From positions 17,270 through 81,269 of the forward strand of contig JAFYHI010000052.1 in NCBI GenBank assembly GCA_017539215.1: DNA of 64,000 bases, given 5' to 3'. Below the pieces are notes generated by a model. The model was not told the DNA's origin and ran no database searches. It saw only the letters and a list, made by a program, of their open reading frames with translations. Both the position numbers and the translations under genes were made by a program. Positions 9,627 to 18,909 of this stretch are shown here, piece by piece. The stretch is from Clostridia bacterium. GTDB lineage: Bacteria > Bacillota > Clostridia > Christensenellales > CAG-138. The first letter of the stretch is position 1. Every line of letters starts with the position of its first letter.

Positions 9627-9718
9627 AGGTCGGTAAGCCGCTCCATGTCGGTTATAAGCCGCGCTCTTTCGGGCGCGCACCGCAGCTTGGGCGAGATCTG
9701 TTAAGGAGGAGTTTCCGA
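9627..9718 (+). ncRNA. 5' leader of the L21 operon (candidate L21 ribosomal-protein leader)
   Basis: 5' UTR of about 90 nt between the promoter and the SD AAGGAGG, containing a GC hairpin cgcgc-tctttcgg-gcgcg. An L21 autoregulatory leader is known in Bacillota. I cannot verify the consensus by eye. Confidence 0.4.
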
Positions 9719-10024
9719 ATGTACGCTATTATCGTTACCGGCGGTAAGCAGTACAAGGTCGAGCAGGGCGACGAGATCCTCGTTGAAAAGCTCGACGCCG
9801 AGGTTGGCGCTCAGGTCGATTTCGACGTACTGATGATGGCTGACGGCGACGCCGTAAAGGTCGGCAAGCCCTATGTCGAGGGCGTTTGCGCCAAGGCAGA
9901 GGTCGTTGAGCACGGCAAGGGCAGGAAGGTTATCGTCTTCAAGTACAAGCCCAAGAAGAATATTCGCAAGAAGCAGGGCCATCGCCAGCCGTACACCAAG
10001 GTCAGGATCCTTTCCATCGGTTAA
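9719..10024 (+). CDS. rplU: 50S ribosomal protein L21
   Basis: [25 protein letters not shown] is a canonical L21 N-terminus. Confidence 0.97.
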   Translation: MYAIIVTGGKQYKVEQGDEILVEKLDAEVGAQVDFDVLMMADGDAVKVGKPYVEGVCAKAEVVEHGKGRKVIVFKYKPKKNIRKKQGHRQPYTKVRILSIG

Positions 10025-10036
10025 GAGGGTCACGGT

Positions 10037-10369
10037 ATGACCACGGTTACCGTCAACTACAGGTGCGGCAGGCCCGCAGGGTTCAGGGCAAAAGGCCACA
10101 CGGGCTATGCGTCCTCGGGCGAGGATATAGTCTGCGCGGCGGTATCGGCCCTTACCCAGACAGCGTATCTCGGCCTTGCCGAATACGTCGGCGGCGTCAC
10201 CGCCGAACAGTCCGACGGCGAGCTTCGCGTTTCCCTCTCCGAGGCGTTGAGTCCGGAGGGGCAGAGGGCGGCGGAGCTGATACTCGGGACCATGCTCCTG
10301 GGGCTTGGTTCCATTGAGGAAAATTATAGTGACTATCTCAAAATCGTAAAGAAGGAGGTCAAGGCTTAA
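10037..10369 (+). CDS. prp: ribosomal-processing cysteine protease Prp
   Basis: 110 aa located between rplU and rpm[25 protein letters not shown] carries the His/Cys dyad typical of Prp (YsxB). Confidence 0.9.
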   Translation: MTTVTVNYRCGRPAGFRAKGHTGYASSGEDIVCAAVSALTQTAYLGLAEYVGGVTAEQSDGELRVSLSEALSPEGQRAAELILGTMLLGLGSIEENYSDYLKIVKKEVKA

Positions 10370-10370
10370 T

Positions 10371-10661
10371 ATGTTCAAATTCGATCTTCAGCTTTTTGCA
10401 CATAAGAAGGGCGTAGGTTCTTCCCGCAACGGTCGTGAAAGCGAATCCAAGCGTCTGGGGCCCAAGCGTGCAGACGGTCAGTTTGTCCTCGCGGGCAACA
10501 TTCTCGTCAGGCAGCGCGGTACTCATTTCCATCCCGGCGCCAACGTCGGTATCGGCAAGGATGATACCCTCTTCGCCAAGGTCGACGGCGTGGTCCGTTT
10601 TGAGACTAAGCACGGCGGTTACAAGTGCGTAAGCGTCTATGAAAAGGAAGAGATCGCGTAA
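10371..10661 (+). CDS. rpmA: 50S ribosomal protein L27 (with Prp-cleaved N-terminal extension)
   Basis: [24 protein letters not shown]: the Firmicute pro-sequence ending in FA followed by the HKK L27 core. Confidence 0.97.
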   Translation: MFKFDLQLFAHKKGVGSSRNGRESESKRLGPKRADGQFVLAGNILVRQRGTHFHPGANVGIGKDDTLFAKVDGVVRFETKHGGYKCVSVYEKEEIA

Positions 10662-10678
10662 GCGGTGAACGTATCTCA

Positions 10679-10706
10679 GGGCAGCTCCTCGGGGCTGCCC
10701 TTTTTT
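10679..10706 (+). terminator. rho-independent terminator of the L21-L27 operon
   Basis: Stem gggcagc(tcc) / (ggg)gctgccc followed by TTTTTT (10701-10706). Confidence 0.8.
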
Positions 10707-10937
10707 GCGCGCTTTGAAGCACGCGGCGTTTCGGCGTGCGCGGGCCGCAGGAACCGTTGTCGCAGGTTTGACACATTATTCTGTTTTCAGCAAGAAAATA
10801 ATTTACGAAATTCAGAGTACAACAAATAAACTTATACAGCAAAATCGACTCATCGCTGCAGAAAAAACACGGATATTTTTCTTATTTTTCTATATCTGAG
10901 TCCAAGCGGGTTAAATAAATTTCAATGAAAAAAACTA

Positions 10938-10966
10938 TTGCCTAAACGATGTATATACAGTATAAT
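10938..10966 (+). promoter_or_regulatory. predicted SigA promoter
   Basis: TTGCCT (10938-10943), 17 nt, TATAAT (10961-10966), within an AT-rich intergenic region. Confidence 0.55.
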
Positions 10967-11024
10967 ATAGCCACAAATAAGGCGGGCTTGTGTCAGCCCG
11001 TGTATAAAACAGGAGGATAACATA

Positions 11025-12839
11025 ATGACCAGGAAACTCTTAAGCCTGCTCGTCGCGGCGCTCATGGTGCTTGCGCTCGTTCCCATGGGCGCGGCTGCAA
11101 GGGGCGATGCGGCTCATCGCAGCGGCACCCGTGCGGCGGCCGTTCCCACCAGGGACGTTGACGTAGACGGTTCGCTTCTCTTCGAGAACTTCGACGGTGA
11201 CAATCTGACCAACCCCAACTGGTGGACCTACAATGCCGACGGTAACACCGCCACTTCCGGCAGCTACGACTTCTCCAACTGGGTCTGGATGACCTATGGC
11301 GAGGGCAGCGCATACAGCGGCACCGATGTATTTGCTTCGTTCTCCTATTACAGCGGCAGCTCATGGACTCAGGACAACTGGCTTGTAACTCCGGATCTTA
11401 CCATCCCCTCCACAGGCTACTATTTCAGCGTTTATGTAAAGGCATACAACGCCTCCTACCGCGATAAGCTCTCCATACTCGTCGGCGAGTACGGCGTGGC
11501 TTATGATGATGAGTCCATCGATACCACCGCATGGACGGTAGAGATCCCCCTCACGCAGGTTCCCGCGGACTGGACGCAGTGGACGGTCGATCTTTCCGCC
11601 TATGCCGGCAAGACCATTGCGATAGCCATGCGCCATGCCGACACCGATATGTGGGCAGCTCTCGTTGACGACGTCAACGTCGGCCTCACCGGCAACCCGC
11701 CGCCCACTCCCGAACCCACTCCCGAACCCACTCCCGAACCCGATCTTGGCGATCTTGTCGAGGGTTATTACTTCGAAGAGGGCTCCAATGCCGAGGACTT
11801 CACCTTCATCGATAAGGACGGCGACGGCTTCAACTGGGAGTGGCAGGAGACCCTTCCCGAAACCGGCCAGATGACTCCCTACGAGGGCGAAGGTCTCATC
11901 TACTCCGCCTCCTATGATAACGATGCGCAGGCGCCGCTGACCCCCGATAACTGGGCGATCTCTCCTGCGGTCACCCTGCCCAACGAGACCGCGGCCGTCA
12001 CCCTTTACGCCAAGGGCCAGGATGAGAGTTACGCGGCCGAGAATTTTGCCATCTACTGCGGCGCCACCGCCGATCCCGACCAGATGACCAAGGTCGGGGG
12101 CGACTTCACCGCCACCGGCGAGTACGTCAAGTACATGGCCGATCTCACCGCGTATGCGGGCCAGACCGTTTACATTGCCGTCCGTCACTATAACATAACC
12201 GATATGTTCTTCCTCAACGTCGACCAGGTTGAGGTATGGGGCACCGCTTCCGAGGAGCCTCCTGTAACCACCCACACCGTAACCTTCGTTGACGGGCTCA
12301 CGAACGAGCAGATCGAACAGGTCGTCGTCATTGACGGCGATGCTGCCACGGCTCCCGATGCACCCGAGCATGAGGGTTACCACTTCACGGGTTGGGACGT
12401 TGACTTCTCCAACGTAACGAGCGACCTCACGGTCATGGCGCTTTACGAGATCAACCAGTATCTCGTGACCTTCGTCGACTGGGACGGCAATGTTCTTGCC
12501 AAGGATTACGTCAACCACGGCTCCGCCGCTGTGCCTCCCGCCGATCCCGAGCGTGAGGGCTATACCTTCATCGGTTGGGACGTTGACTTCTCCAACGTCA
12601 CCGGCGACCTCACCGTCACCGCCATGTATGAGGAGAACGAAGTACCTCCCACTGTCCTCATCGGCGACGTCAACTGCGACGGCGTCGTGACCGCGTCCGA
12701 TATCTCCTCGCTCTTTGCCTACGTTATGAACGCAGGCTCGCTCTCCGAGCAGGCTCTGCTTAACGCCGACATCGACGGAAACGGCACGGTCAACGCGACC
12801 GACGCAAGCCTCCTTGCCCAGATGGTATTCGGCGCATAA
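11025..12839 (+). CDS. secreted dockerin-containing protein with two cleaved-adhesin/choice-of-anchor-J-like domains and two Listeria-Bacteroides (Flg_new) repeats
   Basis: Signal peptide MTRKLLSLLVAALMVLALVPMGAAA. Two paralogous domains of about 170 aa (DNWLVTPDL..., DNWAISPAV...) are joined by a PTPEPTPEPTPEP linker. Two repeats of the type H/Y-x-VTFVD...EGY-x-F-x-GWDVDFSNVT-x-DLTV. C-terminal type I dockerin GDVNCDGVVTASD ... ADIDGNGTVNATD. SD AGGAGGA. Confidence 0.85.
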   Translation: MTRKLLSLLVAALMVLALVPMGAAARGDAAHRSGTRAAAVPTRDVDVDGSLLFENFDGDNLTNPNWWTYNADGNTATSGSYDFSNWVWMTYGEGSAYSGTDVFASFSYYSGSSWTQDNWLVTPDLTIPSTGYYFSVYVKAYNASYRDKLSILVGEYGVAYDDESIDTTAWTVEIPLTQVPADWTQWTVDLSAYAGKTIAIAMRHADTDMWAALVDDVNVGLTGNPPPTPEPTPEPTPEPDLGDLVEGYYFEEGSNAEDFTFIDKDGDGFNWEWQETLPETGQMTPYEGEGLIYSASYDNDAQAPLTPDNWAISPAVTLPNETAAVTLYAKGQDESYAAENFAIYCGATADPDQMTKVGGDFTATGEYVKYMADLTAYAGQTVYIAVRHYNITDMFFLNVDQVEVWGTASEEPPVTTHTVTFVDGLTNEQIEQVVVIDGDAATAPDAPEHEGYHFTGWDVDFSNVTSDLTVMALYEINQYLVTFVDWDGNVLAKDYVNHGSAAVPPADPEREGYTFIGWDVDFSNVTGDLTVTAMYEENEVPPTVLIGDVNCDGVVTASDISSLFAYVMNAGSLSEQALLNADIDGNGTVNATDASLLAQMVFGA

Positions 12840-12869
12840 GGCGCAAAAGAAAAACCAAAACGACATGAC

Positions 12870-12903
12870 AAAGGCTCCGCGGCAGCGCCGCGGAGCCTTT
12901 TGT
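12870..12903. terminator. bidirectional rho-independent terminator between convergent genes
   Basis: 12-bp perfect stem aaggctccgcgg / ccgcggagcctt, loop cagcg, with a T-rich tail on both strands. Confidence 0.75.
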
Positions 12904-12928
12904 CACGTCCCGCTGTTGTGTTTTCCGA

Positions 12929-13516
12929 TCAGCTTATCAGCGATTTCACGAATATCTCGATACCGATGCAGATGAGTATCACGCCGCCGAGCACGGACGC
13001 CTTCCACGAAAGGCGCGTGCCTATCCTGCGGCCCAGCAGCAGCCCCGCGATGCATATCGCAAACGTGACCGCCGCGATCATCAAGGCGCAGACGAGAGCG
13101 TGTGTAAGATCGTATTCCGACACCGTGAACCCCACGGACAGCGCGTCTATGCTTGTGGCAACGCCCTGCACGAGCAGCGCCCAAAGCCCAACGGCGGGCT
13201 TTTCGGCGGGGGAGCTGCGCTGCTTCATCCCCTCGTACACCATTTTGCCGCCTATCGCAAGCAGCATTATCAGCGCCGCTATGGGTATGTACCTTGCCGT
13301 TTTTTCAAACGCGCTCACCATGGTGTGCACCAACAGCCAGCCTATCATGGGCATGAGCGCCTGGAAAAACGCGAATACCCCGGCAATGCCGCAGGTCTTT
13401 GCGCGGCTCATGCCGGGCTCGTTAAGCCCGTTTGCAAGCGACACCGAAAAGGCGTCCATCGCCAGACCCACGCCCAAAAGCGCGCTCGTCAAAAAGAAAC
13501 CCATCGTCCATTCCAT
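12929..13516 (-). CDS. mntP: manganese efflux pump MntP
   Basis: 195 aa, six hydrophobic helices, with duplicated DUF204 halves (GLAMDAFSVSLANG and ATSIDALSVGF). SD GAAGGAAA is upstream. Confidence 0.85.
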   Translation of the reverse strand: MEWTMGFFLTSALLGVGLAMDAFSVSLANGLNEPGMSRAKTCGIAGVFAFFQALMPMIGWLLVHTMVSAFEKTARYIPIAALIMLLAIGGKMVYEGMKQRSSPAEKPAVGLWALLVQGVATSIDALSVGFTVSEYDLTHALVCALMIAAVTFAICIAGLLLGRRIGTRLSWKASVLGGVILICIGIEIFVKSLIS

Positions 13517-13519
13517 AGC

Positions 13520-14665
13520 TTATTTTCCTTCGTTCCCGGCCGGGGCAGCGGCTTTTGCGCCCCTGTCGGGGAACACGAACTTCCTTTGCAGTATAAAGCT
13601 GAACGGGTACAGCACCGCCTGCACCACAAGCTGAGCTATCCACAGCGGCATGCCCTTGGAGTCGGCAACGAGCGCAAGCAGCCCGTAGTTTGCTATGAGC
13701 ATACCGATTATCACGGTGTAAAACCTAATGAGCGCCGTGCGGTTGGAGGTCTTAAACACCACCCGCATATTCAGCAGGAAATTGACGAACGAGCTGACCG
13801 CCCTTGCGATTATCAGCGCAACAAGGTGCGTGTCCGCCATCAGCCCGAATATCGGCAGGGCATACATTCCCGGAGCGGTCTCGACGGCCTGCGGCAGGCT
13901 TTTGAACACCGAGGCCAGTATCAGCAGCAGGCTGTAGTCAATAAGCAAACAGCTGAACGATGAAAGCATGAACACGAATATCATCTTGTAAATAAGCCAT
14001 GAATCCTTGAACAGCCTGAAATGCGAGCTGCGGTTGCCGGCGATGTAAACCGTGTCGATGGGCGCCTCGATTATCTTAATGTGCTGTTTTGCGGCAAACA
14101 GAAGCTCCGCGATCTCATAGTCGTAGCGTTCGCCCTTTATCTCCAAAAAATCCTTTATGCGCTTTACCGAAAATGCCCTCAGCCCGGACTGGGTGTCGTA
14201 CACGCGCACGCCGGAGGTCACGGCAAACACGCTGCGGGTTATGGCGTTGCCCCAGCGGCTCCTGAACGGAACATGCCCCGAAAAATGCCTGCTGCCTATG
14301 ATAAAGGCGTCCGGATCGTTTTTCCACGCGCTCATCACGGTCAGGGCGTCGCGGGTCAGGTGCTGCCCGTCCGCGTCTATCGTAAGTATGCCGTCGTCCT
14401 CGCGGCAGATCCCGCTTATGTATTCAAACGCGGTCTTCAGCGCGCGGCCCTTGCCGCGGTTAAGGCAGTGGCGTATCACGGTTACGCCGGAGTATTCCTT
14501 TTCGAGTCTGCGAAAAATGCCGGCGTAGGCGGCGCCGCTCCCGTCGTCCACCACAATAAAGCGGTCGTCGCCGGAGGCAAGCCCATCTATCACGCCGAAC
14601 AGTTTTTCGTCGGGCCTGTATGCGGGAATAACTATAAACATCTGCGGATCTTTTCCTGTCGTCAC
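13520..14665 (-). CDS. bifunctional glycosyltransferase family 2 / GtrA-like membrane protein
   Basis: N-terminal GT2 (FIVIPAYRPDEK, VVDDGS, IDADGQH) and a C-terminal GtrA-like domain of four TM helices. GTG start 14665 overlaps the PBP2 stop (GTGA). An ATG at 14641 is an alternative. Confidence 0.8.
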   Translation of the reverse strand: MTTGKDPQMFIVIPAYRPDEKLFGVIDGLASGDDRFIVVDDGSGAAYAGIFRRLEKEYSGVTVIRHCLNRGKGRALKTAFEYISGICREDDGILTIDADGQHLTRDALTVMSAWKNDPDAFIIGSRHFSGHVPFRSRWGNAITRSVFAVTSGVRVYDTQSGLRAFSVKRIKDFLEIKGERYDYEIAELLFAAKQHIKIIEAPIDTVYIAGNRSSHFRLFKDSWLIYKMIFVFMLSSFSCLLIDYSLLLILASVFKSLPQAVETAPGMYALPIFGLMADTHLVALIIARAVSSFVNFLLNMRVVFKTSNRTALIRFYTVIIGMLIANYGLLALVADSKGMPLWIAQLVVQAVLYPFSFILQRKFVFPDRGAKAAAPAGNEGK

Positions 14666-17217
14666 GGTATCAGCTCGTTAACGCCGGCAAGCGTCTCCGA
14701 GGCCCGCGAATTGAGCTTGGTGAAGTAGTAGGTCAGCACGTCTTCTACAGCCCCCGCCGAGGACGAGCCCGAAAGCCCGTTCGGCACGCATACGACTATC
14801 GCAATGTCGGGGTCGTCGTTGGGCGCAAAAGCCACGAACCAGCTTGTGTTCTGCACGTCTATCGTAACGCCGCCGACCTGCGCGGAGCCGGTCTTGCCGC
14901 TGGTCAGCTCAAGATAGCCCATCTCGTCGTATTCACGGCTGAACGCCTGACCCGCAGTACCGCCGTCCTCGGGAGAAACGACGCCCTTCATGCCCTGGCG
15001 TATCGCATCCCAATAGGACTCCGGCGCCTCTATCTTGTTAAAAACCGTGGGCTTGGTCTGCAGTATCGGGCTGCCCTCGGGCGACGTCACGGAGCCGACT
15101 ATATGCGCGTCGTACACGGTGCCGCCGTTGGCTATCGCCGCAACGTAGCGTACTGCCTCAATGGGCGTGACCAGCATTATGCCCTGGCCTATGCCGGCCC
15201 TGATCGTGTGAGAGGCCTTCCATTGCAGCTCGGTCAAAAGCGAGGTTATCTCGCTGTCCCAGCCCTGCGCGCGGGAGATGCCGTCGGGTATGCCCAGGTG
15301 TTTTGAAAGGGTCTGGCGCACGTCGCCGCCCTTGCCCTTCAGCGTTCCGTCCTGCAGGACCATAAGGTCCTGAGCGCATTTTGAAATGGCTTCCTCGTCT
15401 ATCTCCACCCCGCGGATGTTCTGGTAGCCCGTCAGCAGCCTGCAAAGGCTCCTGTAAACGAGCAGGGGAATGGAGGTATCCTGGTCGTTGTATGCGCGTG
15501 TGTTGTCGTACATGGCGGCCTGCCCGCCGACTATGCCGCGGGTCTCGCCCGTAAGCTCTATATTGGTCTTGGAGGTAAAGCCGAGTTTTTCCGCCCACGA
15601 AACGAGCTTGTCGATGCCCAGCCTGTACGCCACCTCATAGAAATAGTAGTTGCACGAATTGGTAAGCGCCCTGCTTATGTTCTGGTCCTGATGACGGGCG
15701 GGGTTGGTGGTCCAGCACTTGGCCTTGGTGTCCACCTCCTCGCCGGTCTCTTCGTTAATATAAACGTAGGGGGAGTTGTCGCTTATGGTCTCGTCAAGGC
15801 CTATCGCGCCCTCCATAAGCCCCGCAAGCCCCGTGCACATTTTGAATATGGAGCCCGGAGCCAGCTTCATTGAAATGGCCTTGTTCCTTGCGGGGGTGGT
15901 GCGGTCGGCAAAGTCGCCGTCCACATCCGGGTCGCCGTACAGGTACAGCGCCTGTTCGTCCGTCAGGCCGTCTATAAACCAGTTCGGGTCAAAGCTGGGG
16001 TAGCTTGCCATTGCGCGCACCTCGCCGGTGTTCACGTCCATAACAATTATCGCGCCCGTCTCTGCCAGGTCTATCTTGCCGTATTTTTCCTCATACTCGG
16101 CGTACTGCTCCGCGGGCACGCCGTCGCCGTTGGGGTATATCCTCGAAAGCTCCTTTTCGTGTATCGCGGAGATTATGTCCTTCAGCGCCTGCGCGGCAAC
16201 TACCTGCGTGGGCAGATCCACAGTCAGCGTCACGTTGTTGCCGTCGGTTGGGGGCACCACCGAAACCGTGTTCACCACCGCGCCGTTGGAGTTGACCGTC
16301 AGGTTAATAGAGCCGTGATGTTCGGTCGTGGCGCCGGTCAGGTAATCCTCCATGGTGGCCTCCACGCCCGACACGCCTATGTAATCGCTGTACGAATAGC
16401 CCTTTTCAAGCAGCGCCTCGGCGTTCTCGGCGCTCATCTTCTGGCAGTAGCCCACTATGTGCGCCACGGTCTCGCCGTAGGGGTAGCGGCGTATCGTCGA
16501 CTGCGAGGTCTGCAGCCCGGGCAGCTCTTCGGCCATCATCTCTATCTTTGCAACCACGTCAAGCGTCACGTTATAGGCTATCGTCACGGGCATATACGAG
16601 CGATAGTTGTTCAAAAGCACTTCCTGACGTATGGAAAACACCTTGCGCGCGTCCTCAAAGCTCAGCTCCTCGGGTATTGCCCAGCTCTGCCTCAGCTTTA
16701 AGTATGCGTCCTCGGCGGATATCCATGTGGACATATCGTCTTTGTCGGGCATATTAAAGCCCATCACGTTGCAGAAATTCCTGTAACGGGACTTTATGTA
16801 GGTCTCGCTCGTCACGCCGAAGTCGTAAACTATGCGGCCCGCTTCGTCCATGGTTATGTACGAGGTATCTATCACGCGGCAGCCGCCTTCTTCGATGATC
16901 CTTATCGCCTTTATAAGCGCCTCGGTGTAAACGGCGCTGTAATAGTCGGTGCGGCGGTTGGGGTTCCTCAAAAACTCCACGTTGAAACAGGCCTCGTCGT
17001 AGGCCAGCACAAGGCCGTTGCGGTCGAGTATGTCGCCGCGCTTGCCCTTTATCACCACCGACCGGGCCGAAAGCGTGCCCGCCTCCTCGGCAAAGCTTTC
17101 GCCCTGCGCGATCGTCACGCGGAAAAGCTGAAACACCAGCAGCCCCATCATGGCAAGCAGCAGCAGCGCAAGTATGATAAGCCTCGATACGGGCTTTTTT
17201 TGTCCGTCTCTTTTCAT
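14662..17217 (-). CDS. mrdA: penicillin-binding protein 2 / peptidoglycan D,D-transpeptidase (elongasome PBP)
   Basis: N-terminal TM helix, PBP dimerisation domain, transpeptidase motifs (SIFK = SxxK, KTG-S). Located directly after mreCD. Start chosen at ATG 17217 (MKRDGQKKPVSRL...) with SD AAGGGA. The ORF-track start at 17313 would overlap mreD by 28 nt. Confidence 0.85.
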   Translation of the reverse strand: MKRDGQKKPVSRLIILALLLLAMMGLLVFQLFRVTIAQGESFAEEAGTLSARSVVIKGKRGDILDRNGLVLAYDEACFNVEFLRNPNRRTDYYSAVYTEALIKAIRIIEEGGCRVIDTSYITMDEAGRIVYDFGVTSETYIKSRYRNFCNVMGFNMPDKDDMSTWISAEDAYLKLRQSWAIPEELSFEDARKVFSIRQEVLLNNYRSYMPVTIAYNVTLDVVAKIEMMAEELPGLQTSQSTIRRYPYGETVAHIVGYCQKMSAENAEALLEKGYSYSDYIGVSGVEATMEDYLTGATTEHHGSINLTVNSNGAVVNTVSVVPPTDGNNVTLTVDLPTQVVAAQALKDIISAIHEKELSRIYPNGDGVPAEQYAEYEEKYGKIDLAETGAIIVMDVNTGEVRAMASYPSFDPNWFIDGLTDEQALYLYGDPDVDGDFADRTTPARNKAISMKLAPGSIFKMCTGLAGLMEGAIGLDETISDNSPYVYINEETGEEVDTKAKCWTTNPARHQDQNISRALTNSCNYYFYEVAYRLGIDKLVSWAEKLGFTSKTNIELTGETRGIVGGQAAMYDNTRAYNDQDTSIPLLVYRSLCRLLTGYQNIRGVEIDEEAISKCAQDLMVLQDGTLKGKGGDVRQTLSKHLGIPDGISRAQGWDSEITSLLTELQWKASHTIRAGIGQGIMLVTPIEAVRYVAAIANGGTVYDAHIVGSVTSPEGSPILQTKPTVFNKIEAPESYWDAIRQGMKGVVSPEDGGTAGQAFSREYDEMGYLELTSGKTGSAQVGGVTIDVQNTSWFVAFAPNDDPDIAIVVCVPNGLSGSSSAGAVEDVLTYYFTKLNSRASETLAGVNELIP

Positions 17218-17285
17218 TCGGTCCCTTTGCCCGGGGTAAGCCGGGCTGCCTTTCCGGGGCGCAATGCCCAAACTGCCTTGCGGCG

Positions 17286-17792
17286 TTACAAGTCTATCGC
17301 TTCCTTCCTCCAAAGAGGACGGTACAGGTTATGCTTGAAGAACAGGTGCATGAGCGTGCATACGCCGCCGGTCAAAAGCAGGCATGGCAGTATGTACGTT
17401 GCAAGCGTGCGAAAATACGGTGGACGCGCCCCGACTGCGGCGGCGGCGATCAAAAACATATGCTCCTTCAAAAAAGAGCAGATCATGGCGGCGGCGGTGG
17501 GGATTATAAGGTTGTCGGCGTAGAATTTGCGGTAAAAGAACCCCGCGGCTGCGCCGGAAAGCATAAGGGCAAGCCCCGTCAGCCCCACTATTTTGCCGAA
17601 GAACAGGTCGCTCAGCAGCCCCATAAAGAAGCCCGCGGCGCCGCCCGCAAACGGCCCCGCCAGCACCCCAAGCGACACCACGAGCGCCAGCGCCATGTCG
17701 GGGTGCAGGCCGTACCTTGACAAAAGCGGGAACAGCACGTTGTCAAGGTAAAAGCACAAAAGAAGGCTCAGCGCAAGCAGCCATTTCCTCAA
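17286..17792 (-). CDS. mreD: rod shape-determining protein MreD
   Basis: 168-aa polytopic membrane protein immediately after mreC. Its TTG start overlaps the mreC stop (TTGA). Confidence 0.75.
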   Translation of the reverse strand: MRKWLLALSLLLCFYLDNVLFPLLSRYGLHPDMALALVVSLGVLAGPFAGGAAGFFMGLLSDLFFGKIVGLTGLALMLSGAAAGFFYRKFYADNLIIPTAAAMICSFLKEHMFLIAAAAVGARPPYFRTLATYILPCLLLTGGVCTLMHLFFKHNLYRPLWRKEAIDL

Positions 17793-18649
17793 TCGCCCTC
17801 ACCCCCGAACGATTTTATTATCATTACCTCCTCGATGTGCAGAAAGTCCACCGAGGGGTTTACGACTGCGTTCACGCCTGAGGCGTCGCTGTCGAGCATG
17901 ACCTCTTCAACGGTGCCGACCCTTATGCCCTTGGGGTATATGCCGCCGATGCCGCTTGTCATTATAACGTCGCCCGGCGCAAGGTCGGTCAGGTCGGTGG
18001 GCAGGTAGTAAAGCTCCATCCGCCCCGCCGCGGCGGACGTGGCGAACACGCCGCGCACCATGCAGTTGTCGCGCGTGCGCTCCACGGTCACGGCAACGTT
18101 CACCGTGGAGTCTATCACGGAGGTTATCTTGCACCAGTCGCTGCCAACGTCCGTTACCTTGCCCACAAGGCCGTCGCCGCACATAACGGGCATGCCGGCC
18201 TCAACGCCCTGACGGCGGCCCGCGTTTACCGTTATCATATCGAACCACGCCCCGTTGGACTTGCCTATGACGCCCGCGGTGACGTATTCAAAATCGCCCA
18301 CGCTGCCCGCGTAATTGAGCGACTGCCTCAGCCGCTCGTTCTCCTTCTGAAGCTCGCTGTAATCAAGCTTCAATTGCTCGTACATGGCAAGCTGCTGCCT
18401 GGCCTTTGCAAGCTCAAGGTCGGCGTCGGTCGTGTTGAATATGTTGCTGAAGAAGCCCGCGATCCCGTTGGACGCCTTGAACGCCGCCGTCTGAATGGGG
18501 CGCATCACCGTGCCCACCGCGTTTTCAAGCCAGGGTACGGTGCGCTGCCTTGCCGAAAAGAACGCCAGCGCCAACAGCAGCACCACCGCCAGTATCATTA
18601 TCAAAACAGGCTTGTTCGCAAAGAACTTCTTCAAGTTATAAGCCTCCAT
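17789..18649 (-). CDS. mreC: rod shape-determining protein MreC
   Basis: N-terminal TM helix, coiled-coil (LELAKARQQLAMYEQLKLDYSELQKENERLRQ), then two beta-barrel repeats (GMPVMCGDGLVGKVT..., GDVIMTSGIGGIYPKGIRVGTV). Start taken at ATG 18649 (MEAYNLKKFF...). The extension to 18829 runs through an AT-rich promoter region. Confidence 0.85.
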   Translation of the reverse strand: MEAYNLKKFFANKPVLIMILAVVLLLALAFFSARQRTVPWLENAVGTVMRPIQTAAFKASNGIAGFFSNIFNTTDADLELAKARQQLAMYEQLKLDYSELQKENERLRQSLNYAGSVGDFEYVTAGVIGKSNGAWFDMITVNAGRRQGVEAGMPVMCGDGLVGKVTDVGSDWCKITSVIDSTVNVAVTVERTRDNCMVRGVFATSAAAGRMELYYLPTDLTDLAPGDVIMTSGIGGIYPKGIRVGTVEEVMLDSDASGVNAVVNPSVDFLHIEEVMIIKSFGGEGD

Positions 18650-18670
18650 TGTACAAATCTCTGCTTCTAT

Positions 18671-18699
18671 ATTATAACCGCAAACGCCCCGCTTGGCAA
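18671..18699 (-). promoter_or_regulatory. predicted SigA promoter of the mreC operon
   Basis: The minus strand reads TTGCCA (complement of 18694-18699), 17 nt, TATAAT (complement of 18671-18676). It lies only about 22 nt upstream of the mreC ATG. Confidence 0.55.
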
Positions 18700-18769
18700 G
18701 TACCGCGGCATAAATATGCGCAGCATCTGTGCCATAATAAAAATAATTTAAACATTCGAGTTTACACAG

Positions 18770-18798
18770 TTGCTTTCCAATACATAACATGCTATAAT
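18770..18798 (+). promoter_or_regulatory. predicted SigA promoter (divergent from the mreC promoter)
   Basis: TTGCTT (18770-18775), 17 nt, TATAAT (18793-18798). Confidence 0.5.
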
Positions 18799-18909
18799 GA
18801 TACCAGTTAAATGTATGTTCATTCAGCAAATGGAGAGAGGATTATCCTCATCTCCGTTTGCGTGAAGTGCTGCAGAGAGAAACTGAGCTTGAAAAAGAGA
18901 GGTGCATTT

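Noticed and set aside
11361-12866. 501-aa minus-strand ORF opposite the dockerin adhesin-like gene
   Set aside because: It is antisense to a gene with a signal peptide, repeated domains and a dockerin. Its translation is Gly/Val/Asp/Arg-rich with no motifs, a GC-driven open frame.
13517-13560. yybP-ykoY manganese riboswitch upstream of mntP
   Set aside because: Only 3 nt separate mntP from the stop codon of the preceding GT2/GtrA gene, so there is no space for the riboswitch of about 100 nt.
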